Of a DNA stretch of 64,000 nt, positions 39,150 to 51,143 are shown piece after piece. This stretch comes from Chiloscyllium plagiosum. Lineage: Eukaryota. The translations under genes were made by a program, and so were the position numbers. The notes below the pieces were generated by a model, which did no database searches, was not told the origin of the DNA, and saw nothing but the letters and a program-made list of their open reading frames with translations. The first letter of the stretch is position 1, and each line of letters opens with the position of its first letter. The DNA is taken from the NCBI RefSeq assembly GCF_004010195.1, contig NC_057739.1, positions 7,297,992-7,361,991 of the forward strand. The letters run 5' to 3'.

Positions 39150-39830
39150 TCCACACCTTTCAGGTGATTTAGCAGTTCACCTGCACCTCACTCAATCTGG
39201 TCTACTACATTCGCTGCTGACTATGTCGTCTCCTTGACATTGGGGAAATGAAGCATAGGCCGGGTGACCGCTTTGCAGAACACCTACGTTCCATCCTCAG
39301 AAAAAGAACCTGAGCTTCCAGTTGCCTGCTGTTGTTCCCTGGCCAACATCTCCATCTCAGACTTGCTGCAGTGCTCCAGTGAATTCATTCCAATCTGGAA
39401 CAACATAATCTCATTTTCCACTTAGGGACCCTGTAAGCTTCTGGGCTCGATATAGAGTTCAGCAATTTTAGGGCTTGAGGCATCTTCTCCCAATTCCTTA
39501 CCCCCACCCCCACACACCAGACCTTGTTATCGTATGATCTGCTAGTACCCACTACCCATTGTTGGTCACTAATAGTCCCCATTAATAGCTATTCGTTCTC
39601 CTAGGCTGACAGTTATCCACTTTCTGTCCCAACTGTTCTCTCTTTGGGCTCCAGCTCCACCTATCAGTTAATCCTTACCCCCCGCTGTACCTGATCTTCT
39701 GCACAAAAAACAATTACTTACAACTACTATCAGTTCTGAGGAAGAGTTACTAGACCTGAAATGTTAATTCTGATTTCTCTCCACAGATGCTGTCAGACCT
39801 GAGCTTTTTTAGCAATTTATGTTTTTGTTA
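39150..39830 (+). mobile_element. Penelope-like element (family B) 3' part with terminal hammerhead remnant
   Basis: FTCTSLNLVYYIRC..LLDIGEMKHRPGDRFAEHLRS; terminus cagttCTGAGGAagagttactagacctGAAATGTTaatt. Homologous to 12597-13400. Confidence 0.85.
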
Positions 39831-40153
39831 TTGAAAATTCTGGTCCATTTTATTGATTTTCAATCCTTCAGTTGCCTAGATACTAATCTCTAAAATTCCT
39901 TCCCTAGTTATTTTCACATTGCTACTCTCTATGTTCCTTTATAATATTTCTGAGAGCTACCTGTGTGACAAAGGTGCTGGTCACAAAATGGAATAGTTAC
40001 ATATGTAGCTTGGTTTTAAATTCTGTTTGAAAATGCGTCTTGTGGCATTTTGCTTTATTAAAGGTGCTTTACGAATAAGTTGTTTCTGAAATTGCTATCT
40101 TTTAGTTAATTTGATTCCAGAGTTACACATGAATTGGTGTTATTGTGTTTTAG

Positions 40154-40229
40154 GTGGTTACTCGACTCATTCATCTACTTGGCCAAAAAATCCTTGGTAA
40201 CCTGCAGCAAGTCAGTGGTCCATTAACAG
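40154..40229 (+). CDS. PNPLA6: Internal coding exon of PNPLA6-like gene
   Basis: Acceptor tgtgttttag|GTG and donor ACAG|gtaata; 76 nt, phase 0-1. Translates VVTRLIHLLGQKILGNLQQVSGPLT(G), the direct continuation of the previous exon (PNPLA6 VVTRLIHLLSQKILGNLQQ). Confidence 0.93.
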
Positions 40230-40299
40230 GTAATAACATTAACAACACTCGCACGTTCCCCCTACCATTATATTACATGGACAATAACTACAAGTTGAG

Positions 40300-40630
40300 T
40301 TCCTAGAATCCCTTGTGTCTGGAAACAGACCATTTGGCTAAATAAGTCCACGCCAACCATCTGAGGAGCATCTTCTTAACCCTATCCCTGCATCCTTGTA
40401 TTTTGCAAGGCTAATGCACCTAACGTACACATCCCTGGACGCTTTGGGCAATTTAGCATGGCCAATCCACCTAACGTGCACTTTGGACAGTGAGAGGGAA
40501 CTGGAGCACCCGGAGGGAACCCATGTAGACGAGCAGAATTTACAAACTCCGCACAGACAGTCACCTGAGGTTGGAATCAAACCCAGGTCCCTGGTACTGT
40601 GAGGCAGCAGTGTGAACCGCTGAGCCACCA
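40300..40630 (-). mobile_element. HE1 V-SINE
   Basis: Degenerate head, V-domain and tail. Confidence 0.88.
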
Positions 40631-42199
40631 TTTTTTCTCTGTCAGCCTTTTAGAAGTGAAGGAGGGAAACCGTTCTCCACATAATTGAAACTGCTTATCA
40701 GAGAACTGGTGACAAATAGACTTATTAACCTGAAATATTTTCGGAAAATATAAAATAAGTTTTCTTCCTCGAATTGTAAATGTACCTTCTTTTCGTCATT
40801 TGGTAGTATAGAACTTGAGTAACGCTGAAAATAAAAAGCACATTTCGTGGAGGCCTTTTGTCTTGCACTCAGATTTGCACCAATGCCAGTGTAAAGTGAA
40901 ACATCATCTTTATACTGTCTGGGCAGAGCATGCTGATTGGTTGGCAACTGGTAGATTGATAGAGATGTTGCCATGGAGAGTACACTAGTTAGATGGCGGC
41001 TAACTGGCAAGCTTTGTTTACATTTGAATTCTGACTGATGAAGGCAATGCCCTGAGGAATGAACCAGCAAATGACTATGATCTGTTTTGTTTATTTGAAA
41101 TAGGCTCAGTTTATACACATTTTTTCATTCCAAATCCTTTATATTGATACGTGTAACCTTCAGGACTTGTAAGTGCACCATGCTGCGAGCCAACTTTCAA
41201 TCTTCCATTGGTTGTCAGCATATTTATTTACAGAATGAGGATTATTTAGTGATGGGGACACACCCATAATTATGCATTATGAGAACTGGAAAATGGAAAA
41301 TTCCTGGGTTGCAAAGGGAATTCTTGGAACTAAAATGTCAAAAGATTAAAGAGAACTGGGAATGCCTGCGGTCTCCAAACATCAATGACATTGTGAAAAA
41401 TACAAGCCAAAACTTTTAAGAGAGATGAAAAGGATGGGTTTTACTGCTTTAATTGTTTGACAAACAAACAGACTTGGACAAATTGTGCTATTCATGACCT
41501 AGCAGCAGCCTCTGAATTGAATTGCTGTGGTTTTTGCAATACATACTTAGATGTGGCTGATGCTGGATGGGTTTGTAAAGAAAGGAGCTCTCTCTGTCTC
41601 TCCAATAAAGTAATTATGAATCAGAAATTTTCAACTGTCAGGATTCCTAACTGTTTCCTAGCTAAATCTGAAATGTGGCCAAAGATTTTCTGTTGCTATT
41701 CAACCAATATCTCTGTAGAGTTGTGTCGAACTTAGTTATGCTTTAAGGATGTAACATTAAACTTCCCTGATGGCCTATTGGGTAAAGACACTGCTCTCTG
41801 TAACACTGAGTCACACGCAGAACATCCCGCTTTGTCTGCTGGTAACTTTGGAGCAGAGAGAGCAAATCTCATCCAGCGTTCAGCTGCTATATAGTGTTGT
41901 GTGAGATCAGGATTGGACAGTTGTAGTGCAGTAATTTCTAGCTCCATACGTGAAGAACAGTCACTTTAGAGCAGCTACCTCACACACAACTTGAATTCAG
42001 TGAGACAGAACCTTTAGAAGTGCTATAGAGTACTGGATAGTACAACATTCAGGAAGGTCCAAGTTTGGATGGTTACTGCTTCTGTAGGTTCCAGATGTAC
42101 CTTGATGGGAGCAAAAATCCCAGCACACTGTAGGTATGTCAGAATCGTGCTAACATTTTTGCTTGTCATTGCATGTGGTAATTATTTTTTCTGTGTCAG

Positions 42200-42355
42200 G
42201 TCGTAGCATTGGAATCACTCATGCACTGAGCAACAAACTGGAATCAGTGGGAAATCCTGCCAGTAATCTCGCCACTGTGGCCATTCTGCCAGTTTCTGAG
42301 GATGTTCCCATTACTGCTTTCACTCTGGAACTCCGACATGCCCTTAGTGCCATAG
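42200..42355 (+). CDS. PNPLA6: Internal coding exon of PNPLA6-like gene
   Basis: Acceptor tttttctgtgtcag|GT and donor ATAG|gtaaag; 156 nt, phase 1-1. Translates (G)[51 protein letters not shown](G). [14 protein letters not shown] matches PNPLA6 as recalled. Confidence 0.93.
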
Positions 42356-42976
42356 GTAAAGTACAACTTCAATAATACTCTTGTCTAAAAAGCTTATACT
42401 CTACACAGCACAATGCCTAGATCTGTATACAGTTTATCCACACTGTAAACTGTCTGCATTCACCCACAACACACATGTCTATAGTATTTATTTTATGTAA
42501 TTTTTGAATCAAGTTTGTGACTTTGTTAGGTCAGCAGTATTTCTGACCAGAGATTGATTTTTGTGAAAATATTCAAGTAATCTATTCTGAAACCAGTAAC
42601 AATATAGTTCAATTATGTTAGTAGAAGATGTCATTGGAAGAAATGGAGGTGGATGAAAATGGTGAGATGGAATCTTAAGCTGCAGTCAAGGCTGGGATTG
42701 TGGACTTGCAGGCTGTTTTTAATATCAATTTTGTATCAGTGTATTTGTTATCTCTTGTGCGGAACATGAGCACACTAACATATTCATAAATGGTCATTCA
42801 AACAAGAAATGTAGAACATAGACAAAATGGTAAATAAGTGCAGTGCCATCTGCACTTAATGGCAGGTGAGGCTTTCACCAGTTATCAGCATGTCAAGTTA
42901 CTGTGTGTCCTAGGGTTTAAGGCTAGAATTCAGGGTCTTGTGCTACTGCAGCTCTTTAACGGAATGAGTTGCCTGG

Positions 42977-43125
42977 TCATAGAGTCATAGAGATATACAG
43001 CATGGAAACAGACCCTTCGGTCCAACCTGTCCATGCTGGCCAGATATCCCAACCCAATCTAGTCCCACCTGCCTGCACCCAGCCCATATCCCTCCAAACC
43101 CTTCCTATTCATATACCCATCCAGG
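42977..43125 (-). mobile_element. CR1 LINE 3' end (about 150 bp)
   Basis: Close match to 845-1005. Confidence 0.9.
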
Positions 43126-43448
43126 TCCTGTTGTGTTGTCTATCCTGAACTTGCCAGTAATGCACTCCACTTTGATAATGGACTCCTATTTGGACTCCTA
43201 TTCTGGGTTATCTGGTAGCATGTGGAGTAATTAGCGAGCATTAAAGTCCAATTCTCTGCCACAGTAGCCAGGATGGGATTTTGTGACCTCTTTCTCGAGC
43301 ACAGTTAGAAATATGCAATGAATATTGGCCTAGCCAGCAAGGACCACAGAAAGATAATAAAAACGAGGCTGCCTTATTTGTGAATATGTTGAATGTGCAT
43401 TTTCAGGTGCAGACAGATCTGTTGTGTTTGTTTTCATGGCTTTCGTAG

Positions 43449-43750
43449 GGGGCTCGGTGGCACAGTGGTTAGCACTGCTGCCTCACAGCGCCTGAGACCC
43501 GGGTTCAATTCCCGCCTTAGGCGACTGACTGTGTGGAGTTTGCACCTTCTCCCCGTGTCTGCGTGGGTTTCCTCCGGTTTCCTCCCACAGTCCAAAGATG
43601 TGCAGGTCAGGTGAATTGGCCATGCTAAATTGCCCGTAGTGTTAGGTAAGGGGTAAATGTAGGGGTATGGGTGGGTGGCGGGTCGGTGTGGACTTGTTGG
43701 GCCGAAGGGCCTGTTTCCACACTGTAATGTAGTGTAATCTAATCTAATCA
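43449..43750 (+). mobile_element. HE1 V-SINE, young, (TCTAA)n tail
   Basis: ggtggcacagtggttagcactgctgcctcacagcg..cgggttcaattccc (A and B boxes), V-domain and tail. Confidence 0.95.
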
Positions 43751-44629
43751 TCCTTGCGAACCAAACTGTAAATGTAGGACTTCACTTGGCTTTGTTTTTC
43801 ATAAATGTTAATGTATCAAAACATTTGGACAGGTTTCCAGTTTTCATTATATCATACAATGGTTATTTGAGCAGGAAAATTTCACTTAAAGTTGCCATTT
43901 GCTAAATGGCAGCAAGTGTGGATTAATCCACTCCATGAATTGGTAACTAAGACACAGCAGTGGGTCTGATGGCTAAAAGCATTGTCTGAAATGGCACCAC
44001 CCAGTTTAGCTGAGTCACTCCTGCAGTGAACCAACTCTGACATGACTGACCATACAGGCTCCTGTGCAGTATAAGTTCTATGATTCTAGATTGCATGACC
44101 CTGAGTTGTAGCACCAACACATGCCAAACCTAAAGACCAGAAAGTCTCAAGTTGTAACACTAATCCATCAGGACCAGCAGGGCCTCTGATGAAAACTGAC
44201 CTCTGTGAGGATTGCTGATCTCAACCATGGCAACAGTAGACATGCTAGTTGATCCCAATTTGAATATTTTTATATACATAGACGCACGCATATGAGTGCT
44301 TGTTGATGTTAAGCAAGAACAAGACTCTCCTGAATATCACCACACTATCACGACAACTGCCTCTTTCCACTTCTGTAATATTGAGCTTCTCTGTTCTTGC
44401 TTCATCTTATCCACTGTAATTCTCATTCATGCCTTTTTCTTAACCTCCACATTTAACTATTCCAATACATTTCCAATCTCCAATTATATCTTCCATAATC
44501 TTGAAATCATAAAAGAAATCAAATCCTGTTCACCCTTCACTCCTATCCTTGCTGACCTACATTGGCTCCAATATACATTGCGTTTGATCGTTAAACACTT
44601 TATATCATCTGCATTTTTCTGGTTCTTGT

Positions 44630-44730
44630 GCGCGCTCTCTCTCTCTCTCTCTCTCGCTGTCTCTCAGGAACGTGCACTCGCTCTCGCGCTCTCTCTACCT
44701 CACTTTTGCTCTTGCGCTCTCTCTCTCTCC
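44630..44730. repeat. Imperfect (CT)n/(CG)n microsatellite
   Basis: gcgcgctctctctctctctctctctcgct... Confidence 0.85.
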
Positions 44731-46909
44731 ACCCAATCTTTGTAATCTCTTGTAAGACCCACAGCCCCTTGGGCTCTGCTAACTTTGGCCTCTTGAACAT
44801 CTCTGATTTTCCATCATTGGTGATTGTTCGCTGAGATGCTAGGCTCTGAAACTTTGATAACATTCCTGTAAAACCCCCTTATGATATTTTGCTGGAGTAG
44901 CAAAGGATACAAGTGCTCATGAAATGCAGCTGCAACACAGTGTCATGCTAGAGAGTGTGTGACTGCTACCTCTGCCAGTATTCATTATACTTCCCACGCT
45001 ATCATCACACCTATTCTCTGTTCTAGTTCACTTCTATCCCTCCCGCGCTCATCATCTGTTTGGCCTGTTTGTTGTTGGATGTGGTAGCTACTGGCTGGGC
45101 CACCATTTAATACCAATGTTTAGTTACCAAGAGGGCAGTTTAGAATTGCTGTGGGTCTGGAGTCACGTTTCGTCCAGATCAGAGGAAAGGCGAAGATTTC
45201 CTTACCTAAAGGGCATCTGTGAACCAAATGGATTTGTACAACAACCAACAGAGTTGCATGGTCGCCATTAATCCGCTTTCGATCCCAGATGTTTGTTGAA
45301 TTTAAAGTTCACCATCTAATTCAAATTCATGCCTGCAGAACATTGGCCTGGAGCTCTAGACTGCTATGACCAGTGACATTACCAGTACGCTACCACCTCC
45401 TTATAACTAAACGTTCTTCCATTGATCTTCCTGCTCTGAAGAAGGGTGCTGGATTTGCAACATTAACTCTGATTTCTCTCCAGATACTGTCAGACCTGAG
45501 TTTTCCAGCCATTTCTGCTCCAATTTCCAGCATCTGCCATTCTTTGTTTTTTTTTGTTCTTCCATTTATGCCAATATCTATGTAGAAAACCTGGTGCGAT
45601 CATGAGACCTATCAGTCCGGTGACATTGACCATCAACTGACTCTGTGATAATCTCCCATCATCAGCGTCTGGTGCATCAGACCTGCAAAATAAGTTGCTT
45701 TGCTGTTAGCAAGTGTCTAAATTCCAAGGGACTTGACATGAGCACAGAATATTTGTGAAGTCGGGCTGCAGTGGGAGAAGGGGAGTGTGGTTAATTCCCC
45801 AGGTGACTCTTATCCAGGCCCTCCTATCCCAGCACAATATAGAATCAAGGTGAGAGACTTGTGTAAGGCATCCATTCTTTCTGATGAAAAGTAACATCAC
45901 ATTACTGCACACAGATGAATCAGCCCGAATCTTGAGCGCATGCCCTTCAGGAAATACAAGGATGCAGAATGGGTTATTGTCAGGACATTTTAAAAGTCTC
46001 TACTCTGCCATACAGTATTATATAGAATGTCCTGTCAACATTGAGGGAGAGGAACTAAAGGTTGACCTCCTTTGTGCAAGAAAGGCTAAAGGGTGACTTG
46101 AATAATTGAGAAAGAAAAAGGCTTGGCAATATGTTTCTCTTTTACTCTGTGAGCTAGGATCTGGAGTGATGTACCTGGAAGGATCGTGGAAGCAGATTTA
46201 AATATTGTTATGAGAAGGAATTAGATGAATACTTGAAAGGGAAATTATTTCTGGGCTGTGGGACAAAGCAGAGGAGTGGTACTAATGGGATGGGTCTTTC
46301 AGAGAGAAAGAGAGAGAACCCAGTCATGATTTCACCTCCTGCTGTATAATGCTATGATGTAATGTAAAAGCCCTGTCACACCTCTAGATAAGATTCTATT
46401 ACAGCCATCACCTGCATCCCAACAGTGGTTTCATCGAGAAATAATTATTTGCTTATCCTTAAACTTCATGTCTAGTATAAATAATATTGCACAGGAAGCT
46501 GAAAGCCACAAAAGCAATTATTGTTGTTATTATTGTTGTCCTGAGAAGAAATTGTCATTAGAATTGGCCTTGTAGTCCCAGTGCTTGTTTATTGCTTTTT
46601 ATACGGTGGGTATCATTAATAATCAGGAGACTGGCTGACCTCCTGGTATGTGGAAATTATTTTGGAGTGTTAGGAGATGGAGTGATTGACGATAGCCATC
46701 AGGGTGTGTTCAATTTCAGCTGGAGTGCACTGATAGATTCTCACTGAGAGATGCATGCAACTAATGTTGTTTCTGAAATTTGTTTTGAGTTTCATTGTCT
46801 TTGCCTACTTTCTCCTGTTGTTAGGCAGGATGGAAACACTTGGCATTTCAACATCTATCTCCTTTTACATGGTGCATTACGAATTGATTGCTTTTATATT
46901 TCCTGTTGT

Positions 46910-48140
46910 CAGAGTCATACAGCAAGGAGTCAAACCCTTTCGTCCAACCAGTCCATGCAGAACATTACTCCAAACTGAACTAATCCCACCTGCCTGCTCC
47001 TAGCCCATACCCCTCGAAACCTTTTCCATTCATGTATACCATAGTCTCCTCAAGGTAGAGCCATGGCTGCCTGTTACACAGGAAGTAGGAGGTCACTGGG
47101 AAGCTCAGAGGGCAGTTGGCGATGAGAGACATCAGTGGAGGTGAAAGAGGAGTGGAACCACAAAGTGGTTGGAGGGGCACCATTAACATTGATGTGGGGA
47201 AAGGAGGATAATGAGTGGGGTGAGTGGGAACAGAGAATTGGTGATGAGAAACTTGGCACTCGAACATAGAATAGTACAGCACAGTACTATTCCATGTTGT
47301 GCTGACCTTTTATCCTATTCTAATATCAAATTAACCTACATACTCTACATTTTACTAACTTCCATGTGCCTATCCAAGAGTTGCTTAAATGTCCCTGATG
47401 TATCTGACTCTACTACCACTGCTGGCAGTGTATTCCACACACCCACCACTCTCTGTGTAAAGAACCTACCTCTGACATCTCCCCTAAACCTTCCTCCAAT
47501 CACCTTAAAGTTATGCTCCCTCATGATAGCCATTTCCACCCTGGGAAAAAGTCTCTGGCTATCCACTCCATCTATGCCTCTCATCATCTTGTACACCTCT
47601 ACCAAGTCACCTCTCATCCTTCTTCACTCCAATGAGAAAAGCCCTAACTCCCTCAACCTTTCTTCATAAGTCATGCTCCCAGTCCGGGCAGCATCCTCTG
47701 GACCTTCTCTAAAGCTTCCACATCTTCCTTATAATGAGGCAACCAGAACTGAATATAGTATTCCAAGTGTGGTTTAACCAGGGCTTCAGAGAACTGCAGC
47801 ATAACCATGTGGCTCTTAAACTCAATCCCCCTGCTAATGAAAGCCAACACACCAAATGCTACTTTAACAACCATATTAAGCTGGGTGGCAACTTTGAGGG
47901 ATCTATGGATGTGGACCCCAAGATCCCTCTGTACCTCTACACTCCCAAGAATCCTGCCTTTAACCCTGTATCCTGCATTCAAATTTGACCTTCCAAAATG
48001 AATCACTTCACACTTTTCCAGGTTGAACTCCATCTGCCACTCCTCAGCCCAGCTCTGCATCCTGCCAATGTCCTGTCGCAACCTACAACAGCACTCCACA
48101 CTATCCACCACTCCACCAACCTTCTGTCATCGGCGAACCT
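46910..48140 (-). mobile_element. CR1 LINE fragments (46910-47040 tail; 47262-48140 RT C-terminus plus tail)
   Basis: MRGDLVEVYKMMRGID..FFTQRVVGVWNTLP; WQMEFNLEKCEVIHFG; KPHLEYYIQFW. Confidence 0.92.
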
Positions 48141-48967
48141 ACTAGAAGTGAAGATATCCAAAAGGAATAGGAGTTGGTGAGGGTTTGGCACCATCTTGGT
48201 TGAATTTGATCATGTCCTGAAACGATGGGGGCAGGTGAACATTCTCTGATTATGCAGTGTCCAAACATTTGAAGGGCTGTAGTCAACTGAAGGGTCTGAT
48301 ATCCTTCTGGAATTCAATGCAAGTTAACAATGGTCTGTGACACCTTATGAGTCAGAACAGCTGTGTCACATGACAGCATGTATGTCCCTGTGAATTATGG
48401 GCTCTTGTGGGGCAGTGGTGGTGTCTCTACATCTGGACCAGGAGGATCATGGTCATGCTGTAGATGTATGCTATAACATCTCCAAACAGATTGATTCACT
48501 CGATTTTAAAAAAAGAAATCAGAGCAGGGTTTTTGTGCAGTGGTAGTATCTCTACCTTTGAGCTAGGTGGCTTGGGTTCAAGCTCCAACTGCACCAGAGA
48601 TGTGAAATAATATCCCTGAACAAATTGGTTAAAAAATATCTAAAATAGTTAGAGGCTCTCACTGATCACTGTAAATAACATTGTTGTGTGCAGCGGTCAA
48701 GTGTTAATTTTGTGGTTTTTATTATTATGCATGATAGCATGTGTGTACATGCCTGAGAAAATGAGACAGAGAATTGAATCAGGATTTGCTGTATCCAAGG
48801 TTGTTGCACTAAATTGGATTATTGTGATTACAGATTTTAAACAAAACTACAATTGCTTTTTCACTTCCAGCAAGCTGCTAAAGTAAATATAATCATCTAG
48901 GTGGTATATAACAGTAAATCATTCAGTTCTAACCCTGTCGTCTGATTCTCTATTCAAAGCTAGATTT

Positions 48968-49283
48968 TCATAGAATCAGAGAATTCCTACAGTGTGGAAG
49001 CAGGCCATTCGGCCCTTCAAGTCCACACTGACCCTCAGAATAGCATTCCACCTAGACCCTGTGACCCTGCATTTCTCATAGCTAAGCCACCTAGAGTGCA
49101 CATCCCTAGACACTTTGGACAACTTAACATGGCCAGTCCACCTAACCTGCACTCTGAGGAAACCCATGCAGACAAGGGGAGAATGTGCAAACTCCACACA
49201 GACAGTTGCTTGAGGGTGGAATTTAAACCATGTCCCTGCTGCTGTGGGGCAGCAGTGCTAACCACTGAGCCACTGTGCTGCCC
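48968..49283 (-). mobile_element. HE1 V-SINE
   Basis: Head at about 49283, tail at about 48970. Confidence 0.9.
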
Positions 49284-49414
49284 CAATCTATAATGCCCAA
49301 ACAACTTTATATGCTGCTTACTCAAATGTTATGTTCTTGGTAAACTATTTACCTCTTCAATACAGTACAGATTAATGCTGTAGACACAAAAGGCAGAAAA
49401 GTGCACAACATTTG

Positions 49415-49770
49415 TGCAGCACAATGGCTTAGCGGTTAGCACTGCTGCCTCACAGTGCCAGGGATCTGGGTTCAGTTCCAGCCTTGGGTGACTTATCTGT
49501 GTGGAGTTTGCACCTTCTCCCCATGTCTGCGTGGGTTTCCTCTGGGTGCTCTGGTTTCCTCCCATAGTCTAAAGATTTGCAGGTTAGGTGGATTGGCCAT
49601 GCTAAATTGCCTACTGTATTCAGGCATGTACAGGTTAGTTGGGTTAGCCATGGGAAATTCAGGGTTGGGGGATAGGGTAGGGGGATGGATCTGACTAGGA
49701 TGCACTTCAGAGGATTGGTGGGGACTTGAAGGGCCAAATGGCCTCTCTTTCACATTAAAGGGATTCTATA
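49415..49770 (+). mobile_element. HE1 V-SINE
   Basis: tggcttagcggttagcactgctgcctcacag, V-domain and tail. Confidence 0.9.
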
Positions 49771-50342
49771 ATTTGTAATTGGTTAGTTGACATCAACAAT
49801 TACAATTTCATTGCCATGTTAGATCTGTTGCTACATTTCTCTTTGCTGCATTCTCGAAATCAGGCTGGAGCAAAACTTCAGATCTTTAAATGTTCCCTTG
49901 TGCACTCACCCTCCACGTACAGTTTAATGAGCTTTATCCATTGATTTTTTATTGGAACACCATCTTGTAAATACCATATTGTGCTTACTCCAGGTTTCAA
50001 AAAAAACACTCTCTGCTCAACTCATAAGGGATTGTTCCAGATCCATATCTCCAGCCTTTCACTCCATTATTTAACTCTGTGCCTGCAGAATTTATTGAAT
50101 ATTTAGGTTTCGGTAGCAAGTGCTTTGGTTGTCTCGTATATGAATCATAGCCTTTTTCACAGGATGTGGGTATTTCAGGCACTGAACATGTCATTCATGT
50201 AATCCGGACAGAGCCCTTGGATTTTTCAGTAAAATCTCTGTCACGCGCTCTTCCTTGCGTGCTCTCTCTCCCTCCCTCGAGCTCTGTCTGTCTGTCTCTC
50301 GCTCTCCCTCGAGCTCTGTTTCTCTCTCTCACCCCCTTGGGC

Positions 50343-50894
50343 TCTCTCTGTCCCTCTCTCTGTCCCTCTCTCTGTCCCTCTCTCTGTCCCTCTCTCTGTC
50401 CCTCTCTCTGTCCCTCTCTCTGTCCCTCTCTCTGTCCCTCTCTCTGTCCCTCTCTCTGTCCCTCTCTCTGTCCCTCTCTCTGTCCCTCTCTCTGTCCCTC
50501 TCTCTGTCCCTCTCTCTGTCCCTCTCTCTGTCCCTCTCTCTGTCCCTCTCTCTGTCCCTCTCTCTGTCCCTCTCTCTGTCCCTCTCTCTGTCCCTCTCTC
50601 TGTCCCTCTCTCTGTCCCTCTCTCTGTCCCTCTCTCTGTCCCTCTCTCTGTCCCTCTCTCTGTCCCTCTCTCTGTCCCTCTCTCTGTCCCTCTCTCTGTC
50701 CCTCTCTCTGTCCCTCTCTCTGTCCCTCTCTCTGTCCCTCTCTCTGTCCCTCTCTCTGTCCCTCTCTCTGTCCCTCTCTCTGTCCCTCTCTCTGTCCCTC
50801 TCTCTGTCCCTCTCTCTGTCCCTCTCTCTGTCCCTCTCTCTGTCCCTCTCTCTGTCCCTCTCTCTGTCCCTCTCTCTGTCCCTCTCTCTGTCTC
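50343..50894. repeat. Homogeneous 12-bp tandem repeat (TCTCTCTGTCCC)n, about 46 units, running into a gap
   Basis: Direct inspection. Confidence 0.98.
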
Positions 50895-51143
50895 NNNNNN
50901 NNNNNNNNNNNNNNNNNNNNNNNNNNNNNNNNNNNNNNNNNNNNNNNNNNNNNNNNNNNNNNNNNNNNNNNNNNNNNNNNNNNNNNNNNNNNNNNNNNNN
51001 NNNNNNNNNNNNNNNNNNNNNNNNNNNNNNNNNNNNNNNNNNNNNNNNNNNNNNNNNNNNNNNNNNNNNNNNNNNNNNNNNNNNNNNNNNNNNNNNNNNN
51101 NNNNNNNNNNNNNNNNNNNNNNNNNNNNNNNNNNNNNNNNNNN
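50895..51143. other. Assembly gap
   Basis: Run of N. Confidence 1.

Noticed and set aside
43395-43450. Acceptor-like ttttcag|GTGCAG as the next PNPLA6 exon
   Set aside because: The translation has no similarity to the expected peptide and runs into a SINE.
43449-43520. tRNA gene-like sequence with A and B boxes
   Set aside because: SINE head continuing into a V-domain; not a standalone tRNA.
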